Source: a bacterium
GTDB lineage: Bacteria; Patescibacteriota; Minisyncoccia; Minisyncoccales; PEYH01
NCBI GenBank assembly: GCA_021163545.1
Contig: JAGGTU010000045.1
Location: forward strand, 1 to 45,599
Length of the DNA stretch: 45,599 bases
Direction: 5' to 3'
Shown here: in pieces, positions 42,920 through 45,599 of the stretch
Position numbering within the stretch: position 1 is the stretch's first letter
How the letters are laid out: every line of letters begins with the position of its first letter
Notes under the pieces: model-generated
Databases searched by the model: none
What the model was told of the DNA's origin: nothing
Seen by the model: the letters and a program-made list of their open reading frames with translations, nothing else
Translations under genes and position numbers: made by a program

Positions 42920-45277
42920 ATGGAAAAACAGTACAATTTTAAAAAATCTGAAGATAAGTGGCAGAAATTTTGGGAGAAAGAAAAGATTTATAAATTTGAC
43001 GCAAAAAAGAAAGGCAAAATTTTTTCTATTGACACTCCCCCACCCACTTTAAGTGGCAAAATGCATCTTGGGCATTTTTTCTCATATGCCCATCAAGATA
43101 TTATTGCAAGATATCACAGGATGCTTGGAGAAAACGTTTTTTATCCTTTTGGAGTTGATGATAATGGTCTGCCAACAGAGAGATTAGTTGAAAAGATAAA
43201 TAAAGTTCGACTTTTTGATTTGGGAAGAGAGAAATTTGTAAAGTTGTGCCAAAAAACTATCAAAAAAATTCTCCCTGAATTTGTTTTTGATTGGAAAAGA
43301 ATGGGTTTGTCTTGTGATTTTTCGTCTATTTACTCCACAATTTCTCCTGAGGTTCAAAAATTAAGTCAATATTATTTTCTTGAACTTTATAAACAAGGAA
43401 GAATCTATCAGAAGGAAACGCCGGTTTTATTCTGTCCCGAATGTCAAACAGCAATTGCTCAGGCGGAAGTTGAGGAAGTAGAACAGCAAACCTATTTTGT
43501 GGATATTGGTTTCAAGTTAAAAGGTGGAGGTCAGATTATAATTTCTACCACAAGACCAGAGCTTCTTCCAAGCTGTGTAGCAATTTTTGTGCACCCCAAA
43601 GATAAAAGATATAAAAAACTTGTTGGCAAAACTGCAATTGTTCCAATTTTTGAGCAGGAAGTACCTATTTTGACAGATGATTTAGTAGATCCCAAAAAAG
43701 GAACAGGAGTTGTAATGTGTTGCACTTTCGGAGATACTACTGATCTTGAATGGTATTTTAAATATAAACTTCCTCTTAAAATTTCCATCACAAAAGATGG
43801 AAAAATGAACAAGCTTGCAGGAAGTTTTGAGGGTTTGCCTATTAAAAAAGCGCGCAAAGCCATCATAGATGAATTAGAGAAAAGAGGCTTACTTCTTTCC
43901 AAAAAGGAAATAATCCATATTGTAAAAGTTCACGAAAGGTGTCAGACAGCAATTGAAATCTTGCCAGCTCGCCAATGGTTTATTAAGTACCTTGATCTCA
44001 AAGACAAGTTTCTGGTTGAATCCAACAAACTAAATTGGTATCCAAAGTTTATGAAAGCCAGATTAGATAACTGGATTAAAGGGCTTAAATGGGATTGGTG
44101 CATTTCAAGACAAAGATATTTTGGAATTCCAATACCTGTTTGGTATTGCAAAAGATGCAATGAAATAATTCTACCTCGAGCTAAAGATTTACCAGTTGAC
44201 CCCCTTCATCAGAAACCAAAGAAAAAATGTAAATGTGGATCCAAAGAATTTGTTCCTGAAAAAGATGTTTTAGATACTTGGGTTACCAGTTCTTTAACAC
44301 CACAAATTGCTTTGTCATTGATAAAAAATAAGAAAGTTCGCGAGAAAATGTTTCCGATGTCTTTAAGACCACAAGCTCATGACATTATTAATTTCTGGTT
44401 ATTTTATACTCTTGCCCGTTCGTATTTGCTTTTCAAAAAAATTCCCTGGAAAAATGTAATGATTTCCGGTTTTGTTTTAGATCCAAAAGGTGAGAAAATG
44501 TCTAAATCCAAAGGGAATGTAGTAGAACCTCAAACTGTGGTTGCAAAATATGGAGCCGATGCAGTAAGATATTGGGCTTCGCAAGCAAAATTAGGAGAAG
44601 ATCTAAGATATTCAGAAGAAGAGATAAAGCAAGGTAAAAGAACTGTAACAAAGCTTTGGAATGCTTCAAGATTTTCTTTGATGCATCTTAAAAAATACTC
44701 TCCAAAAAGAGTAAATCCAAAGGAATTGGAAGATGAGGATAAATGGATTTTAACCAAGCTTTATAAGACCGTAAAAGAGTATCGAAATTTTATGGATAAA
44801 TACGAATATTCAAAAGCAAGAGAGGTCTTAGATAGATTTTTCTGGAAAGATTTTTGCGATAATTATTTAGAGATAATAAAGCCAAGAGTTTATAATCCAG
44901 AATCTTCCCAAAAATTGAAGTCAGCTCAATTCACTCTTTACACTTCCCTACTCTCAATTTTGAAACTCTATGCACCCTTTATGCCTTTTATCGCTGAGGA
45001 AATCTATCAGATGTATTTTAAAAAGTTTGAAGAAGAAAAAAGCATTCACATAACTTTGCTTCCAAAGCCAAACAAGAAATTATACTTCCCAAGAACTGCT
45101 CATAATTTTGAATTCGCAATTGATGCAATATCGCAAATTAGAAAATACAAATCAGAACACAAACTACCAATGAACGCAGAGATTGAAGAGATAAAATTAA
45201 AAACGAAAAACAAAAAACTTCTAAAAAAATACACCCCTCTTTTGGAAAACGTTTTGAATGTAAAGAAGATTAAATAG
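42920..45277 (+). CDS. valS: valyl-tRNA synthetase (compact, 785 aa)
   Basis: TPPPTLSGKMHLGH (HIGH region), DWCISRQRYFGIPIPVWYC, KMSKSKGN, and an editing-domain TTRPE...GTGVVMCCTFGD. Confidence 0.9.
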   Translation: MEKQYNFKKSEDKWQKFWEKEKIYKFDAKKKGKIFSIDTPPPTLSGKMHLGHFFSYAHQDIIARYHRMLGENVFYPFGVDDNGLPTERLVEKINKVRLFDLGREKFVKLCQKTIKKILPEFVFDWKRMGLSCDFSSIYSTISPEVQKLSQYYFLELYKQGRIYQKETPVLFCPECQTAIAQAEVEEVEQQTYFVDIGFKLKGGGQIIISTTRPELLPSCVAIFVHPKDKRYKKLVGKTAIVPIFEQEVPILTDDLVDPKKGTGVVMCCTFGDTTDLEWYFKYKLPLKISITKDGKMNKLAGSFEGLPIKKARKAIIDELEKRGLLLSKKEIIHIVKVHERCQTAIEILPARQWFIKYLDLKDKFLVESNKLNWYPKFMKARLDNWIKGLKWDWCISRQRYFGIPIPVWYCKRCNEIILPRAKDLPVDPLHQKPKKKCKCGSKEFVPEKDVLDTWVTSSLTPQIALSLIKNKKVREKMFPMSLRPQAHDIINFWLFYTLARSYLLFKKIPWKNVMISGFVLDPKGEKMSKSKGNVVEPQTVVAKYGADAVRYWASQAKLGEDLRYSEEEIKQGKRTVTKLWNASRFSLMHLKKYSPKRVNPKELEDEDKWILTKLYKTVKEYRNFMDKYEYSKAREVLDRFFWKDFCDNYLEIIKPRVYNPESSQKLKSAQFTLYTSLLSILKLYAPFMPFIAEEIYQMYFKKFEEEKSIHITLLPKPNKKLYFPRTAHNFEFAIDAISQIRKYKSEHKLPMNAEIEEIKLKTKNKKLLKKYTPLLENVLNVKKIK

Positions 45278-45288
45278 TTGGCTAAAGT

Positions 45289-45393
45289 AAAAAGGGTGGT
45301 TTTCGGATTTGGCCTTTCGGGATTGTTTTTTCGCGCGAGAGCCCACTTCCCTTTCACCTCCTTTTTAGATTTTTTCCGAAAACCACCCTTTTT
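45289..45393. terminator. GC-rich long-hairpin element C; probable bidirectional terminator between convergent valS and trpS
   Basis: A perfect 19 bp stem pairs AAAAAGGGTGGTTTTCGGA (45289-45307) with TCCGAAAACCACCCTTTTT (45375-45393), enclosing a 67 nt insert. A/T runs at the stem ends give U tracts on both strands. Confidence 0.55.
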
Positions 45394-45461
45394 GCCAAAA
45401 GAATATACCTCCAAAGATCTATATTTATTTTAATTCTAATTTACCAAACATGTCAATTCAA

Positions 45462-45599
45462 TTATTTAATCCCCATTGCCTCTTTTACCAATTCTAAGGT
45501 CTCTCTTACTTTTTCTTGCGTCTTCACTCTCCCCTCTTCTAAAATTTCTTTGATTAGTTTTGGTTTTTGTGCAAATTCTTTTCGTTTTTGACGAATCGG
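45462..45599 (-). CDS. trpS: tryptophanyl-tRNA synthetase, C-terminal 45 codons (rest lies outside the window)
   Basis: My own minus-strand translation gives PIRQKRKEFAQKPKLIKEILEEGRVKTQEKVRETLELVKEAMGIK*, which resembles the conserved TrpRS C-terminus. It is absent from the ORF track because it is short. Confidence 0.55.
   Translation of the reverse strand, partial: PIRQKRKEFAQKPKLIKEILEEGRVKTQEKVRETLELVKEAMGIK

Noticed and set aside
45100-45414. 104 aa minus-strand ORF
   Set aside because: It is antisense to the conserved valS 3' end, runs through the 19 bp stem of element C, and is low-complexity. It is probably spurious despite the SD-like AAAGGAGGTGA inside the element.

Overview
AT-rich, gene-dense bacterial chromosome segment using the standard code (TGA is a stop, e.g. 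4596-4598 and 28352-28354). Most of it is housekeeping. There are five aminoacyl-tRNA synthetase genes: serS and trpS (both cut by the window edges), gltX, aspS and valS. The heat-shock operon hrcA-grpE-hsp20-dnaK-dnaJ has a CIRCE operator. Cell-wall and division genes lie in two blocks: murF, a femAB-like gene and ftsQ on the + strand, and a DD-carboxypeptidase, mraY, murD, ftsW and murG on the - strand. Also present are efp, hpt, rplI, rpmA, uppS, an idi-mazG fusion, a Xer-type recombinase, an ECF sigma factor, two GT-C glycosyltransferases and one tRNA-Lys(UUU). Reduced or fused domain architectures and frequent leaderless-type promoter geometry suggest a small-genome, CPR/Patescibacteria-like organism (inference only). 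I found no rRNA, CRISPR array or transposase. The main items for follow-up are these. (1) A ~730 nt non-coding locus (42130-42866) appears to encode two tandem, paralogous, C-rich structured RNAs on the minus strand, each with its own near-consensus promoter and intrinsic terminator. (2) A self-contained two-gene cassette (Cas4-like Fe-S PD-(D/E)XK nuclease plus an unknown basic 151 aa protein) interrupts the mraY...murD cluster. (3) A PP-loop/CxxCxxC protein, a hydrolase and a membrane protein sit between mraY and murD. (4) Several 60-150 nt GC-rich long-hairpin elements follow efp, hsp20, dnaK and valS. (5) NNNCAAA heptamer microsatellites occur at three sites, two of them in frame inside murF and the femAB-like gene.
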